This document shows, in pieces, positions 18,790 through 28,875 of a stretch of DNA of 64,000 nt. The DNA is from Candidatus Parabacteroides intestinipullorum. GTDB taxonomy: Bacteria; Bacteroidota; Bacteroidia; Bacteroidales; Tannerellaceae. The stretch lies in assembly GCA_019114965.1 (NCBI GenBank), contig DXEL01000044.1, positions 27,542-91,541 of the forward strand. Direction: 5' to 3'. A program made the translations under genes and the position numbers. The notes under the pieces are model-generated. The model was given only the letters and a program-made list of their open reading frames with translations. It was not told the DNA's origin and made no database searches. Every line of letters begins with the position of its first letter. Within the stretch, counting starts at the first letter, position 1.

Positions 18790-19617
18790 TTATTTCATGC
18801 CGCGGGCCTTGAAGATGCGCTCCTTGGCCTCGTTGATGCGCTGGAATTTCTCGTTGGCCGCCTTCAGGATGTCCTCGCCAAGCGCCGCCACCTTGTCGGG
18901 ATGGTGCTTGAGGGCCATGCGGCGATAAGCGGCCCGCACCTCATCGTCGGTTGCCGATGGATCGATCTCCAGCACCTTGTAGGCGTCCTCCAGCGAGTCG
19001 CTCTTGAGATTGAGCAGCGATTCCACCTCGGCGGCGGTCATGCCCATCGCTTGTGCCACCTCTTTCAGGGCGTCGATCTCTTCGGGGCAGACGTGGCCAT
19101 CGGCCTTGGCGATCTGCGCGAGGAAGGCGAGCATCTGGAGGCGTTCCTCGTAACTCAGGTTCGCGGCGATCTGGCGGCCGCAGTCGTGGATGGTCCGCCG
19201 GAAGGCGTTCGGGTCGCCCATTTCCATCCGCTTGCGCTCGTCGAAGAGGCGGAGCAGGATGGTCTCGCCCTGCCGGACGGCGATCTCGCCGAAATTATTC
19301 CGCAGGAACTGGCGGACAAATTCCATCTCGCTGTGCATCACCCGCCCGTCGGCCTTGATAATATAAGAGGCCATGACGAGGAGCGAGAAAAGGAAGCTGT
19401 CGCGTTGTCCCTCGTAGGGGTTGTAGGGGCGTCGCCCCGTGTCGTAGCCGCCCGCCTGGCCGTAGGGACCGTTTCCTTGCCCCTCTTTACCAAACGTTTG
19501 GTCACTCAGATCCGATATGTTGTCGAACAGGGAACCCAGTACGATCCCCGCCAGCGCCCCCAATGGGCCAAGCGCCATAAACCCGATGATTCCACCGATC
19601 CATTTCCCTAAATTCAT
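18790..19617 (-). CDS. DjlA-like co-chaperone (TerB domain plus DnaJ domain)
   Basis: N-terminal TM 'GKWIGGIIGFMALGPLGALAG'; KADG TerB motifs; J-domain AYKVLE...KHHPDK. Confidence 0.9.
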   Translation of the reverse strand: MNLGKWIGGIIGFMALGPLGALAGIVLGSLFDNISDLSDQTFGKEGQGNGPYGQAGGYDTGRRPYNPYEGQRDSFLFSLLVMASYIIKADGRVMHSEMEFVRQFLRNNFGEIAVRQGETILLRLFDERKRMEMGDPNAFRRTIHDCGRQIAANLSYEERLQMLAFLAQIAKADGHVCPEEIDALKEVAQAMGMTAAEVESLLNLKSDSLEDAYKVLEIDPSATDDEVRAAYRRMALKHHPDKVAALGEDILKAANEKFQRINEAKERIFKARGMK

Positions 19618-19652
19618 GATCTTGCTCTTTTATGTCGTTAAATTTATTGTCG

Positions 19653-19660
19653 CGAATGTA
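19653..19660 (-). promoter_or_regulatory. -7 element (TACATTCG) for the djlA-like gene
   Basis: TAnnTTCG 36 bp upstream of the start. Confidence 0.5.
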
Positions 19661-19681
19661 ATAAACCTGACCGGATTTTTT

Positions 19682-19689
19682 TAAGTTTG
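19682..19689 (+). promoter_or_regulatory. Canonical -7 element (TAAGTTTG)
   Basis: TAnnTTTG 22 bp upstream of the ATG at 19711. Confidence 0.6.
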
Positions 19690-19710
19690 TCCGCCAAAAT
19701 AGGATTAAGG

Positions 19711-20370
19711 ATGAAAACAAGATTTAACGTTATGTGGATGCTGCTCGCGATGGCGGCAGTGCTGTTGTTTCCCGCCTGCAAGGAGAAGCGGGGCGAATTG
19801 AAACGGATTTGGTATGATGGCAGTTATAACCGCGATTTTAATGACCTGAACCCCGTACACCTGAAAGAGGCCAAGGCGATAGGGATCGAGCCGGTCGCCT
19901 CGCGCGAGGAGGCGGAGCATGCCTCCAAGAAAATGGTCGAGATCCAGACAAACGATTATTATGAGGTGGAAGAGTTGACCCATTCCATCCCGTTCTTGGT
20001 ACCCGAGGCGGCCCAGTTGCTCGAGGATATGGGTAAGGCGTTCCAGGATACGCTGCGCAACCGAAACGCCTCAATCTATAAGATAAAGGTAACGAGCGTG
20101 ACCCGCACCGTGGCCGACGTGAAGAAGTTGCGCAAGCGCAATACCAACTCGTCCGCCAATTCCGCGCACCAGTATGGCACCACTTTTGATGTCTCTTGGG
20201 CTCGCTTTACGAAAGTGGACGAGTCGGATACGCTCGAGATTGATAAGGATCGCCTGAAAATGGTGCTGGCGATGGTGCTCCGCGACCTGAAAGAGGCCGA
20301 TCGTTGTTACGTGAAGCACGAGCGCAAGCAGGGCTGTTTCCACATCACGGCTCGGGGCGCGGACGAGTAA
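19711..20370 (+). CDS. DUF5715 family lipoprotein
   Basis: Lipobox LFPAC; [34 protein letters not shown] and CFHIT motifs; likely start MKTRFN at 19711. Confidence 0.75.
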   Translation: MKTRFNVMWMLLAMAAVLLFPACKEKRGELKRIWYDGSYNRDFNDLNPVHLKEAKAIGIEPVASREEAEHASKKMVEIQTNDYYEVEELTHSIPFLVPEAAQLLEDMGKAFQDTLRNRNASIYKIKVTSVTRTVADVKKLRKRNTNSSANSAHQYGTTFDVSWARFTKVDESDTLEIDKDRLKMVLAMVLRDLKEADRCYVKHERKQGCFHITARGADE

Positions 20371-20875
20371 TCGCCTCGTAGGCTGCCTCATAGACCTGGC
20401 GGTCGTGAGCCGAGAAACAGCACATGATGAGCTGGATCTCCGGGTTGGCGGCCGCGAAACGGGTCAACTCGCCCATCGCGATCCGGGCGGCCGCCTCGAT
20501 GGGATAGCCATAGACGCCGGTACTGATGGAGGGGAAGGCAATGGAATGAAGCCCATTCTCTTTCGCCAGGCGCAGGGACTGGCGGTAGCAGCTGGCCAGC
20601 AGTTCCGGCTCGCCCTGTTTCCCGTCGCGATAGATTGGCCCGACGGTATGGATCACATGACGGGCCTTCAGTCGATAGCCTTTCGTGATCTTGGCCTCGC
20701 CGGTCGGGCAGCCGTGCAAGCCACGGCATTCGGCCAAGAGTTCCGGTCCGGCGGCCCGGTGGATCGCGCCGTCGACACCTCCACCGCCCAGCAGGCTGTT
20801 GTTGGCCGCGTTAACGATGGCGTCGACATCCAGTGTAGTGATGTCGGCTTGCAGGATGGTGATGTTGGTATGCAT
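20345..20875 (-). CDS. Macro-domain O-acetyl-ADP-ribose deacetylase (YmdB-like)
   Basis: [32 protein letters not shown] and [13 protein letters not shown] motifs. Confidence 0.95.
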   Translation of the reverse strand: MHTNITILQADITTLDVDAIVNAANNSLLGGGGVDGAIHRAAGPELLAECRGLHGCPTGEAKITKGYRLKARHVIHTVGPIYRDGKQGEPELLASCYRQSLRLAKENGLHSIAFPSISTGVYGYPIEAAARIAMGELTRFAAANPEIQLIMCCFSAHDRQVYEAAYEAITRPRPEP

Positions 20876-20878
20876 GAT

Positions 20879-22093
20879 TTACCCTTCTACAATTTTATAT
20901 CCCGCTACGGCAAGCAACTGACGGATCTCATTAATCTGTTGCTGGTTTCTGGTCTCCATCTCAAGGTGGAGGTAACAGCCGTTGATATCGGTCGTATGGC
21001 TTACCCTTTCGTGATAGACCGAGACGACGTTGGCACCGGTCGAGGCGATGATCTGTGAGACATGTTGCAACTGGCCCGGCTTATCGACTAGCTCGATCGT
21101 CATGGAGCAAGAACGTCCGGATTTCTGCAATCCTCGGCCAATAACCCGTGAGAGGATATTCACGTCGATATTACCACCAGAGATCAGGCAGATCGTTTTC
21201 TTCCCGGCGATGGGCACCTTGTTGAACATGGCGGCCGCCACGGCCACCGCTCCGGCTCCCTCGGCGATCAGCTTGTGTTGCTCGATCAAGGTCAGGATGG
21301 CGGTCGAGATCTCGTCATCGCTTACCGCTACGATCTCATCCACATATTTCTGGCAAAGATCAAAGGTATGAAGTCCCGGCTCCTTTACGGCGATACCATC
21401 AGCGATGGTACGCACTTTCTCCAAACGCTCCAGCTTGCCGTGCTCGATAGAGTTGAGCATGCTGGGTGCTCCTTGCGCTTGTACGCCATAGACCTTGATG
21501 CTTGGGTTCAGGTTCTTGATGGCGAAGGCCACACCTGAGATCAGGCCTCCACCTCCGATAGGAACGATGACTGCCTCCACGTCGGGCAATTGTTCCAACA
21601 ACTCAAGGCCGATTGTTCCTTGACCGGCGATGACATCCTCATCATCGAACGGGTGAATGAAGGTATAGCCTTTCTCCTCTTTTAATTGCAAGGCCCGATT
21701 GTATGCGTCATCGTAAACACCTTCGACCAGGCAGACATCAGCGCCATATCCTTTCGTCGCCTCAACTTTCGAGATGGGAGCGTTGTCGGGGAGGCAGATC
21801 AGCGACTTGATGCCGTGTGCTGTCGCAGAGAGTGCGACGCCTTGCGCATGGTTGCCCGCCGAGCAGGCAATGACACCGTGCGCTTTCTCCTCTTCAGTCA
21901 GTTGGGATATCTTGAAGCAGGCGCCGCGAACCTTGAAGGAACCGGTCACTTGCAGGTTCTCCGGTTTCAGGTAGATGAAACTGTCCTTATTGATATTGGG
22001 CGCGCTGATCAGGTCCGTACGCCGGATCACACGTTTCAGCGCGTATGAGGCTTGATAAATCTTGTCGAGTGTCAACATTGTTCGTTTATTCAA
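20879..22093 (-). CDS. ilvA: Threonine ammonia-lyase with one C-terminal ACT domain
   Basis: [14 protein letters not shown] (PLP lysine), [18 protein letters not shown]; ACT 'DKPGQL' motif. Confidence 0.95.
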   Translation of the reverse strand: MNKRTMLTLDKIYQASYALKRVIRRTDLISAPNINKDSFIYLKPENLQVTGSFKVRGACFKISQLTEEEKAHGVIACSAGNHAQGVALSATAHGIKSLICLPDNAPISKVEATKGYGADVCLVEGVYDDAYNRALQLKEEKGYTFIHPFDDEDVIAGQGTIGLELLEQLPDVEAVIVPIGGGGLISGVAFAIKNLNPSIKVYGVQAQGAPSMLNSIEHGKLERLEKVRTIADGIAVKEPGLHTFDLCQKYVDEIVAVSDDEISTAILTLIEQHKLIAEGAGAVAVAAAMFNKVPIAGKKTICLISGGNIDVNILSRVIGRGLQKSGRSCSMTIELVDKPGQLQHVSQIIASTGANVVSVYHERVSHTTDINGCYLHLEMETRNQQQINEIRQLLAVAGYKIVEG

Positions 22094-22108
22094 TATTTAA
22101 TGCGATAA

Positions 22109-23419
22109 TCATAAGAATTGGATGAAAAGCAACCCCAGCAGGATGGATACGCTGGTGGCGATCAGTCCCGGCATCATGAACGAGTGGTTCAGGATGTATT
22201 TGCCGATCCGGGTGGTGCCGGTGCGGTCGAAATTAATCGCCGCCACGACGGTCGGATAGTTCGGGATGAAGAAATAGCCGTTAACCGCGGGGAAGAGGGC
22301 GATCAGCATATAGGGCGAGATGCCCAGGGCGATGCCCAACGGGAGCAGGGCCCGGATCGTAGCCGCCTGGCTGAACAGCAGGATCGACATGACGAAGAGG
22401 GCGAGCCCAAACAGCCAGGGCATGCTGGTCACCACCTGATCGATCGAGTCGGTCAGCTCGGCCATGTTGCCCGCGATAAAGGTGTCGCCCATCCAGGCGA
22501 TGCCGAAGATCGCTACGACCGCCTGCATGCCCGCCGAGAAGACCGTGCATTGAGCTGCTTTGATGCCGTCTGTCTTGGTCGTGAGCAGGATCAAGGTGGC
22601 CGCCGAGAGCATCAGGATCTCGATGATGTGCGACATCTTCATGGGGGCTTGGTCATTGCCTGACCCGAGAACCGGGCGCAACGACTCAATGGAGCCGAAC
22701 AATACGATCGCGATGGTCGCCAGGATGAAGATGATGACCGATAGGGCCGCTTTCTTATGATTATCGACCCCTTTCGACTCAAAATGGTTCTCGCTAATCT
22801 CGTGTGAGGCCAAGCGTCTTAAATATTCAGGATCTTCCATCAGTTCCTTGCCGACTCGTAAGGAATAGACCGCTCCGGCCAAGACACCCAGCAGGGTGCA
22901 TGGTACCGCGACGATCATGATGTCCATCAGGGAGATGCCATAACCGGAAAGCATGCTGAGCAGGGCGACAGTCGCCGCCGAGATCGGACTGGCGGTAATG
23001 GCTTGTTGCGAGGCGATCACGGCGATCGCCAACGGGCGCTCGGGGCGGATCTTCGTCTCGGTGGCGACCTCGGCGATGACCGGGAGCACCGAATAAGCCA
23101 CGTGCCCTGTTCCGGCGATGAAAGTGAACAGGTAGGTCACCAGCGGGCTCAGGATCGTGATCTGTTGCGGGTTCTTGCGTAAAAGCTTCTCGGCCCATCT
23201 GACCATCAGGTCCAAACCGCCCGCCGCTTGCATGCAACTGGCGGCGGCGATGACCGCGACGATCATCAACATGACATCTACAGGTGGCGAGGTGGGCTGA
23301 AGATCGAAACAGAAGGTCAGGATACCGAGGCCTAAGCCGCCGAGCACGCCCAGGCCAATACCGCCCAGACGGGCACCGATGATAATGGCCAGTAAAACGA
23401 ATGCGAGTTGGATCAACAT
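22109..23419 (-). CDS. Anaerobic C4-dicarboxylate transporter (DcuA/DcuB family)
   Basis: GARLGGIGLG, RPERPL..AVIASQQAITASPISAA and NYPTVVAAINFDRTGTTRIG motifs. Confidence 0.95.
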   Translation of the reverse strand: MLIQLAFVLLAIIIGARLGGIGLGVLGGLGLGILTFCFDLQPTSPPVDVMLMIVAVIAAASCMQAAGGLDLMVRWAEKLLRKNPQQITILSPLVTYLFTFIAGTGHVAYSVLPVIAEVATETKIRPERPLAIAVIASQQAITASPISAATVALLSMLSGYGISLMDIMIVAVPCTLLGVLAGAVYSLRVGKELMEDPEYLRRLASHEISENHFESKGVDNHKKAALSVIIFILATIAIVLFGSIESLRPVLGSGNDQAPMKMSHIIEILMLSAATLILLTTKTDGIKAAQCTVFSAGMQAVVAIFGIAWMGDTFIAGNMAELTDSIDQVVTSMPWLFGLALFVMSILLFSQAATIRALLPLGIALGISPYMLIALFPAVNGYFFIPNYPTVVAAINFDRTGTTRIGKYILNHSFMMPGLIATSVSILLGLLFIQFL

Positions 23420-23454
23420 GATGGTGAAATTTGTCGTTTGCGTTTATAATGCCG

Positions 23455-23472
23455 CGAAATTACTTATTTTTG
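23455..23472. promoter_or_regulatory. Divergent -7 elements: TAATTTCG (minus strand, dcu) and TATTTTTG (plus strand, GH2)
   Basis: Minus-strand element at 23455-23462; plus-strand element at 23465-23472. Confidence 0.5.
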
Positions 23473-23506
23473 TGGCTTATGTGACATAGGTCTAAAAGAA
23501 AAGCGT

Positions 23507-26014
23507 ATGAAAAGATTTGTATTATTGGTTTTATGGGGGCTATTATGCCTCTTGCCGGAAACTTTCGCTCAGGTCCGGCATGAGTTTTTGTTGGAGAAAG
23601 GGTGGCGCTTCACTCGGGAGGATCAAAAGGAGGCTTTCGTTGATCCCTCTTATGATGATGCCGCCTGGCAATCGGTAACCGTTCCGCATGATTGGGCGAT
23701 TTATGGTCCGTTCAGTGCCCAAAACGATAAGCAACAGGTGGCTATCGCCCAAGATGGCCAGAAGGAGGCTTTGGAGCATGCCGGCCGGACGGGTGGTTTG
23801 CCATTCGTGGGGGTCGGTTGGTACCGGATCCGTTTTGAGGCGCCCGCTTTCGGACCGGGTAAACGGGCGGTGATCCTGTTTGACGGGGCGATGAGTAATG
23901 CCGAGGTTTATCTGAATGGTAAGAAGGTTGGATATTGGCCTTATGGTTATAATTCCTTCTATTTTGACGTGACCGATTGTATGCGGGCGAATGCCGCGAA
24001 TACTTTGGCGGTCCGGTTGGAGAACCTGCCAGAGTCCTCTCGCTGGTATCCTGGTGCGGGTCTTTATCGAAATGTTCATGTGATTGTTACGGATGACGCC
24101 CATATTCCAGTTTGGGGTACGAGGGTGACGACACCAAAAGTGACAAAGGATTTCGCCAAAGTAAAGGTAGAGACGGAGATCGCTTTGCCTGAGGGGGCGG
24201 ATCCGGCTCGTTATACATTGCGTACGGCCCTTTACGATCCGAACCAGCAACAGCTGATTGAGGTAGCGACCCCATTGGCGCAAATGAAGTACGATGATAA
24301 CCAGGCGAATCAAGAGTTCAATTTGCCTTCGCCTTCTTTGTGGTCTCCCGATGCCCCGGCGCTTTATACGGCGGAGTCCCGTTTGTTTGAGGGGGATCAG
24401 TTATGCGATACCTATCGCACGACTTTTGGTATTCGTTCTATCGAGTTGGTTCCAGACAAGGGCTTTTTCCTGAATGGAGAGAAGTTTCTTTTCAAGGGTG
24501 TCTGCAATCATCACGATTTGGGACCGTTGGGCGCGGCGGTGAATGAGGCGGCTATCCGTTATCAGATCCGTATGCTCAAGGACATGGGTTGTAATGCCAT
24601 TCGTACCTCTCATAATATGCCGGCGCCAGAATTGGTGAAGGCTTGTGATGAGATGGGTATGTTGGTGATGGCCGAGAGTTTCGATGAGTGGAATGAGCCG
24701 AAATGTAAGAATGGTTATCATCTTTATTTTGATGAGTGGGCAGAGCGAGACTTGGTCAATTTGATCCGTCATTACCGGAATAATCCCAGTGTCGTGATGT
24801 GGTGCATCGGTAATGAGGTGCCGAATCAATGGAAGGAGGATGGCTGTAAGGTCGCTAAATGGTTGCAGGATATCTGTCATCGTGAGGACCCGACCCGTCC
24901 GGTGACACAGGGTATGGATGCGCCGGATCAAGTGGTGGCCAATAATTTTGCCGCTGTTATGGATATTCCGGGATTCAATTACCGTCCTTTCCGTTATGTG
25001 ACGAATTACAATAAATTGCCGCAACGGTTGATTCTGGGAAGTGAGACCGCCTCGACAGTCAGTTCACGTGGTGTTTACAAGTTCCCGGTTGAGCGTAAGG
25101 CGATGGCGGTTTATGATGATCACCAAAGTTCAGGTTACGACGTGGAGCATTGTAATTGGTCGAATTTGCCGGAGGATGATTTTATTCAGCATGAGGATTT
25201 GCCCTATTGCATGGGTGAGTTTGTCTGGACTGGTTTTGATTATTTAGGTGAGCCGACACCTTATTATACGAATTGGCCGAGTCACAGCTCACTGTTCGGT
25301 ATTATCGATTTGGCAGGCATCCCTAAAGATCGTTATTACCTGTATCGTAGTCATTGGAAACCCGAAGAGAAAACTCTGCATATTCTTCCGCATTGGACAT
25401 GGCCGGGTCGTGAGGGAGAGGTTACACCTGTCTTTGTTTATACGAATTATCCCTCAGCGGAGTTATTTATTAACGGTAAGAGCCAGGGGAAACGGACGAA
25501 AGATCTTTCCGTAAAGCTGGAGGAGAGTGATACGGACGAGGCCCGTAAGAATTTTGAGCGCCAGAAACGGTATCGTTTGATGTGGATGGATACCCGTTAT
25601 GAGCCGGGAACATTGAAGGTGGTCGCTTACGACGAGCAAGGTAATGCCGTAGCGGAAGAAGAGGTGCATACGGCTGGCAAGCCGCATCATATTGAGCTGA
25701 AAGCCGATCGGACCCATATCTCGGCCGATGGTAAAGACTTAGCTTATATCAATGTCCGGGTTGTGGACAAGGATGGAAATCTTTGTCCTGATGAGACACG
25801 CCAAGTGCGCTTTACGGTTGGTGGCCGTGGCTTCTACCGGGCTGCCGCCAATGGTAACAGTACTTGTTTGGAACCGTTCCATGAGCCGCGGATGTCGCTT
25901 TTCCAAGGGCAGTTGACCGCTATTGTCCAATCTGACGGAAAACAGGGAATGATCCTTTTCGAGGCGGAGGCTGATGGTGTGACGGGTGCCCGGTTGGAGC
26001 TGGTTGCCCAATAA
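23507..26014 (+). CDS. GH2 beta-galactosidase (DUF4982-containing)
   Basis: VPHDWAI, SRWYPGAGLYR, KGVCNHHDLGPLG, IRTSHN, WCIGNE (acid/base), GSET and GEFVWTGFDYLGEP motifs. Confidence 0.95.
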   Translation: MKRFVLLVLWGLLCLLPETFAQVRHEFLLEKGWRFTREDQKEAFVDPSYDDAAWQSVTVPHDWAIYGPFSAQNDKQQVAIAQDGQKEALEHAGRTGGLPFVGVGWYRIRFEAPAFGPGKRAVILFDGAMSNAEVYLNGKKVGYWPYGYNSFYFDVTDCMRANAANTLAVRLENLPESSRWYPGAGLYRNVHVIVTDDAHIPVWGTRVTTPKVTKDFAKVKVETEIALPEGADPARYTLRTALYDPNQQQLIEVATPLAQMKYDDNQANQEFNLPSPSLWSPDAPALYTAESRLFEGDQLCDTYRTTFGIRSIELVPDKGFFLNGEKFLFKGVCNHHDLGPLGAAVNEAAIRYQIRMLKDMGCNAIRTSHNMPAPELVKACDEMGMLVMAESFDEWNEPKCKNGYHLYFDEWAERDLVNLIRHYRNNPSVVMWCIGNEVPNQWKEDGCKVAKWLQDICHREDPTRPVTQGMDAPDQVVANNFAAVMDIPGFNYRPFRYVTNYNKLPQRLILGSETASTVSSRGVYKFPVERKAMAVYDDHQSSGYDVEHCNWSNLPEDDFIQHEDLPYCMGEFVWTGFDYLGEPTPYYTNWPSHSSLFGIIDLAGIPKDRYYLYRSHWKPEEKTLHILPHWTWPGREGEVTPVFVYTNYPSAELFINGKSQGKRTKDLSVKLEESDTDEARKNFERQKRYRLMWMDTRYEPGTLKVVAYDEQGNAVAEEEVHTAGKPHHIELKADRTHISADGKDLAYINVRVVDKDGNLCPDETRQVRFTVGGRGFYRAAANGNSTCLEPFHEPRMSLFQGQLTAIVQSDGKQGMILFEAEADGVTGARLELVAQ

Positions 26015-26016
26015 CT

Positions 26017-26577
26017 TCAGAAACGCATAGAGGCATAGAATCCGACATGGCCATCACCCGCGACCGGGCTGATGGCCAAATCGTGCTTCTTGGCGAATGG
26101 ACGGGTAAAAATGTAGGCACTGCCCGCGCCAATAGCTGCTCCTGCCGCTACGTCCCACCAATCGTGTTTCTTGCCGTAGACACGGCTCCATCCGACGTAT
26201 GTCGAGACTACATAGGCCGGAATACCCCATTTCCATCCATAACGCCGCTGGATATAAGCGGCACCACCGAAAGAGATTGCCGTATGCATTGAGGGGAAAG
26301 AATGGTTATCGCTCATGTCCGGCCGCTCTTTTTTGACCAGATATTTCAGCGCATAGGTGACGCCTACAGTCGTGACACCGGTAAAGGCCGCCTGTTTCAA
26401 TCCTTGCCAGTCTTGTGTGGCCAGGATCGTAGCCAGTCCGGCGGCTGGAGTGAGGAACATCAGGATGTCACCCGAGGTACGGACCGCTTTACGGCTTCCG
26501 GTTACCTCGATCTCTTGCGCCTGGATTGTAGCGCAACACAGGATCAGCGCGGCAAGCGCACTCCATAAGAATCTCAT
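26017..26577 (-). CDS. PAP2 family phosphatase (LpxE/undecaprenyl-PP phosphatase-like)
   Basis: C1 KYLVKKERPD, C2 PSMH and C3 SRVYGKKH..WDV motifs; signal peptide. Confidence 0.85.
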   Translation of the reverse strand: MRFLWSALAALILCCATIQAQEIEVTGSRKAVRTSGDILMFLTPAAGLATILATQDWQGLKQAAFTGVTTVGVTYALKYLVKKERPDMSDNHSFPSMHTAISFGGAAYIQRRYGWKWGIPAYVVSTYVGWSRVYGKKHDWWDVAAGAAIGAGSAYIFTRPFAKKHDLAISPVAGDGHVGFYASMRF

Positions 26578-26600
26578 AATTTTTGGAAATAGCTAGTTTG

Positions 26601-26990
26601 TTAGTTTGTGAATAGGGGCAGTAGTTTGGGAACGAAGATCATCAGCCCTATGATAGCGGCACAGATGGCTAGTATCAGGACCGCTCCTGCCGCCAGGTCT
26701 TTTGTCCGTTTGATCCCTTCATGATAGTTTGGCGAGACAACGTCGGCTAAAGCCTCGATTGCTGAGTTGACCGCCTCGGCTGACAGGACCAGGCCGATCA
26801 GTGCAATCACCGTGAACCATTCGCCTCGGCTCAGTCCTACGAGGAGGCTGGTAAGAATGACGCAAACAGCCGCAAAGCAATGGATCCATGCGTTATGCTC
26901 GCTCGAGATGAGCAACCAGATACCGCGGAACGCATACTTGAAACTCAGCAGCCGTTTGCGCCAGGTGAAACCTCGGTTCTTCATAACCAT
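26601..26990 (-). CDS. Diacylglycerol/undecaprenol kinase family (DgkA)
   Basis: SFKYAFRGI...EHNAWIH, EAVNSAIE..ADVVSP and KDLAAGAVL motifs. Confidence 0.92.
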   Translation of the reverse strand: MVMKNRGFTWRKRLLSFKYAFRGIWLLISSEHNAWIHCFAAVCVILTSLLVGLSRGEWFTVIALIGLVLSAEAVNSAIEALADVVSPNYHEGIKRTKDLAAGAVLILAICAAIIGLMIFVPKLLPLFTN

Positions 26991-28078
26991 TGGCTCATGA
27001 AACGATCCATCTCGTCAGCGTGTGCCTCGAGACTTAATAATAACTGGAATTGAGCCCGTGTACGGACAAGGTTATGCTCCGGGTAATGTATTTTATAATA
27101 GGTATCGCCTTGAAGATAGTCGGTCAGGAAACGGACAGTCTGCATATAGGTTAGCAGTCGTCCTCCATAAGGCAGAAGACTGATCTCCAACGGAGTCAGG
27201 AACGACTTGGCTTTCTCCATATAGCCGCGGGTATAAGCTTGGAAGATTTCCAGGTTCAAACCGACACGATTCAGGTCTCGATCATCTTCGGCTCCCTTGT
27301 TTGCTGCCGTACGGATAAAGTCTCCTATATCGGAAAGGACAAAGCCTGGCATGACCGTATCCAAGTCAATGACACAGAGAACTTCGTCCGTTTCAGCGTC
27401 AAACAACATATTATTGACTTTCGTATCGCAATGATTCACCCGTTTGCGCAATTTCCCTTCCCGGTAGAGTCGTTCTTGTTGACACATCGTTTCAGCTCGT
27501 CTTTCGATCTCGTTGACCAGATCGCTTACCTTGTCAAGTCGTCCGGCGCTATTTGCTTTTACTGCCTCTCGGAATTGCTCAAGCCTGAACTCCATATTGT
27601 GGAAGTTGGGGATTGTCTCTCCTAACGCGTTTTCAGGCAGGTCTGCCAGCATGGACTGGAAATCGCCAAAGGCTTTGCCCGCCTCGTAGGCGAGTTCCGG
27701 TGTTACCTCCTCGTAGCTTTTGCTTCTGGGAATGAACAGGCAGAGTCGCCAATAGCTCTCGCCATCGAAGAAATAACTTTTGCCTTCTCGTGTCGGTAAG
27801 AAAGTTAATACTTTACGATCGAGGTCCGTAACGCCTTGTGCCGCCAGTTTCTCCCGGATATGAGATGTGACGACTTGGATATTATTTTGCAGCATCTCCA
27901 CGTTCGTGAAAATGTGATGATTAATCTTTTGCAAGACATATTTGGTCTCACCTTGGGCGTTCGTCACCTTCAGCGTGTCGTTGATATGCCCATTCCCAAA
28001 AGGTTCGATCGCGGTGATTGGCTCATCAATATTGAACGCTTTCAGGATTCGTAGTTTATCTTCTTGAATTTTTTCCAT
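26981..28078 (-). CDS. APH-family phosphotransferase, N-acetylhexosamine 1-kinase (NahK)-like
   Basis: FGNGHINDT, LQKINHHIF, HCDTKVNN, VIDLDTVMPG and FLTDYLQGDTYYKI motifs. Confidence 0.85.
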   Translation of the reverse strand: MEKIQEDKLRILKAFNIDEPITAIEPFGNGHINDTLKVTNAQGETKYVLQKINHHIFTNVEMLQNNIQVVTSHIREKLAAQGVTDLDRKVLTFLPTREGKSYFFDGESYWRLCLFIPRSKSYEEVTPELAYEAGKAFGDFQSMLADLPENALGETIPNFHNMEFRLEQFREAVKANSAGRLDKVSDLVNEIERRAETMCQQERLYREGKLRKRVNHCDTKVNNMLFDAETDEVLCVIDLDTVMPGFVLSDIGDFIRTAANKGAEDDRDLNRVGLNLEIFQAYTRGYMEKAKSFLTPLEISLLPYGGRLLTYMQTVRFLTDYLQGDTYYKIHYPEHNLVRTRAQFQLLLSLEAHADEMDRFMSQWL

Positions 28079-28107
28079 AATGCTTTTTGATTCGGGATTG
28101 TTCTTCG

Positions 28108-28115
28108 CGAATGTA
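28108..28115 (-). promoter_or_regulatory. -7 element (TACATTCG)
   Basis: TAnnTTCG 30 bp upstream of the kinase start. Confidence 0.5.
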
Positions 28116-28179
28116 CATAAACGCTCTCATTCAGGCAAGGGGTATGGGAAGAGTTATCTGGAGAATACATCGCAGTCCA

Positions 28180-28231
28180 TTTTCAGTTTCACTGCAGTGA
28201 AAATCCAATTCCACTGCAGTGAAACTGAAAA
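28180..28231. repeat. 20-bp perfect inverted repeat containing two CACTGCAGTG palindromes 22 bp apart
   Basis: TTTTCAGTTTCACTGCAGTG (28180-28199) and CACTGCAGTGAAACTGAAAA (28212-28231). Confidence 0.85.
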
Positions 28232-28394
28232 AAGCTGGTTGACTCGATTAGAAACAAACAAGGCGTAAACCTCACTAACTCCTTCCTTAATATAATTAAG
28301 AAATCGGAACTCGTGTGGCTCACGCCTCGTTCGCGTCGTTTGCGTTATCTGATATAACGCCAGCCGCGAAATAGGATTCCCTCAGCAGGGGAAT

Positions 28395-28649
28395 TTATTT
28401 CTTGTTACGGTTACCGTAACGGCTCATGAACTTATCGACACGTCCTGCCGTATCAACTAACTTAGACTTACCAGTGTAGAACGGGTGAGAGGTGTTAGAG
28501 ATCTCGACCTTGATCAACGGATAAGTCTCGCCATCGATCTCGATCGTCTCTTTTGTGCTCGCTGTTGAACGTGTGATGAAATAATCACCGTTAGACATGT
28601 CCTTGAATACTACAGGACGATAATTCTCAGGATGAATACCTTTTTTCAT
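28395..28649 (-). CDS. rpmE2: 50S ribosomal protein L31 type B
   Basis: [19 protein letters not shown]...[24 protein letters not shown]; no CxxC. Confidence 0.97.
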   Translation of the reverse strand: MKKGIHPENYRPVVFKDMSNGDYFITRSTASTKETIEIDGETYPLIKVEISNTSHPFYTGKSKLVDTAGRVDKFMSRYGNRNKK

Positions 28650-28714
28650 TGCTTTATTGTCTGTTTTTTAATTTTACTTCAAAAATATGATTTGGTAACC
28701 GGTATTTTGGGTTG

Positions 28715-28835
28715 CAAAGGTAGGTATTTGCTTTTAAGAAACAAAGAATATCCGGTCTTTTTTTCTGAAGGCGCTTATTTTACGCATTTTTCTGCCTCGC
28801 GACCGACAGATATTGGCTTTAATATTTTATCTTTG
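28715..28835. promoter_or_regulatory. Divergent canonical -7 elements for rpmE2 (minus) and fba (plus)
   Basis: TACCTTTG on the minus strand at 28715-28722; TATCTTTG on the plus strand at 28828-28835. Confidence 0.65.
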
Positions 28836-28875
28836 TGCAAGTTTTTAATCATTAACGTAATAAACATAGTAAATT

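Noticed and set aside
28280-28375. Possible ncRNA or repeat (GGAACTCGTGTGGCTCACGCCTCGTTC...) after rpmE2
   Set aside because: Weak hairpins only; I cannot match it to a known RNA family.
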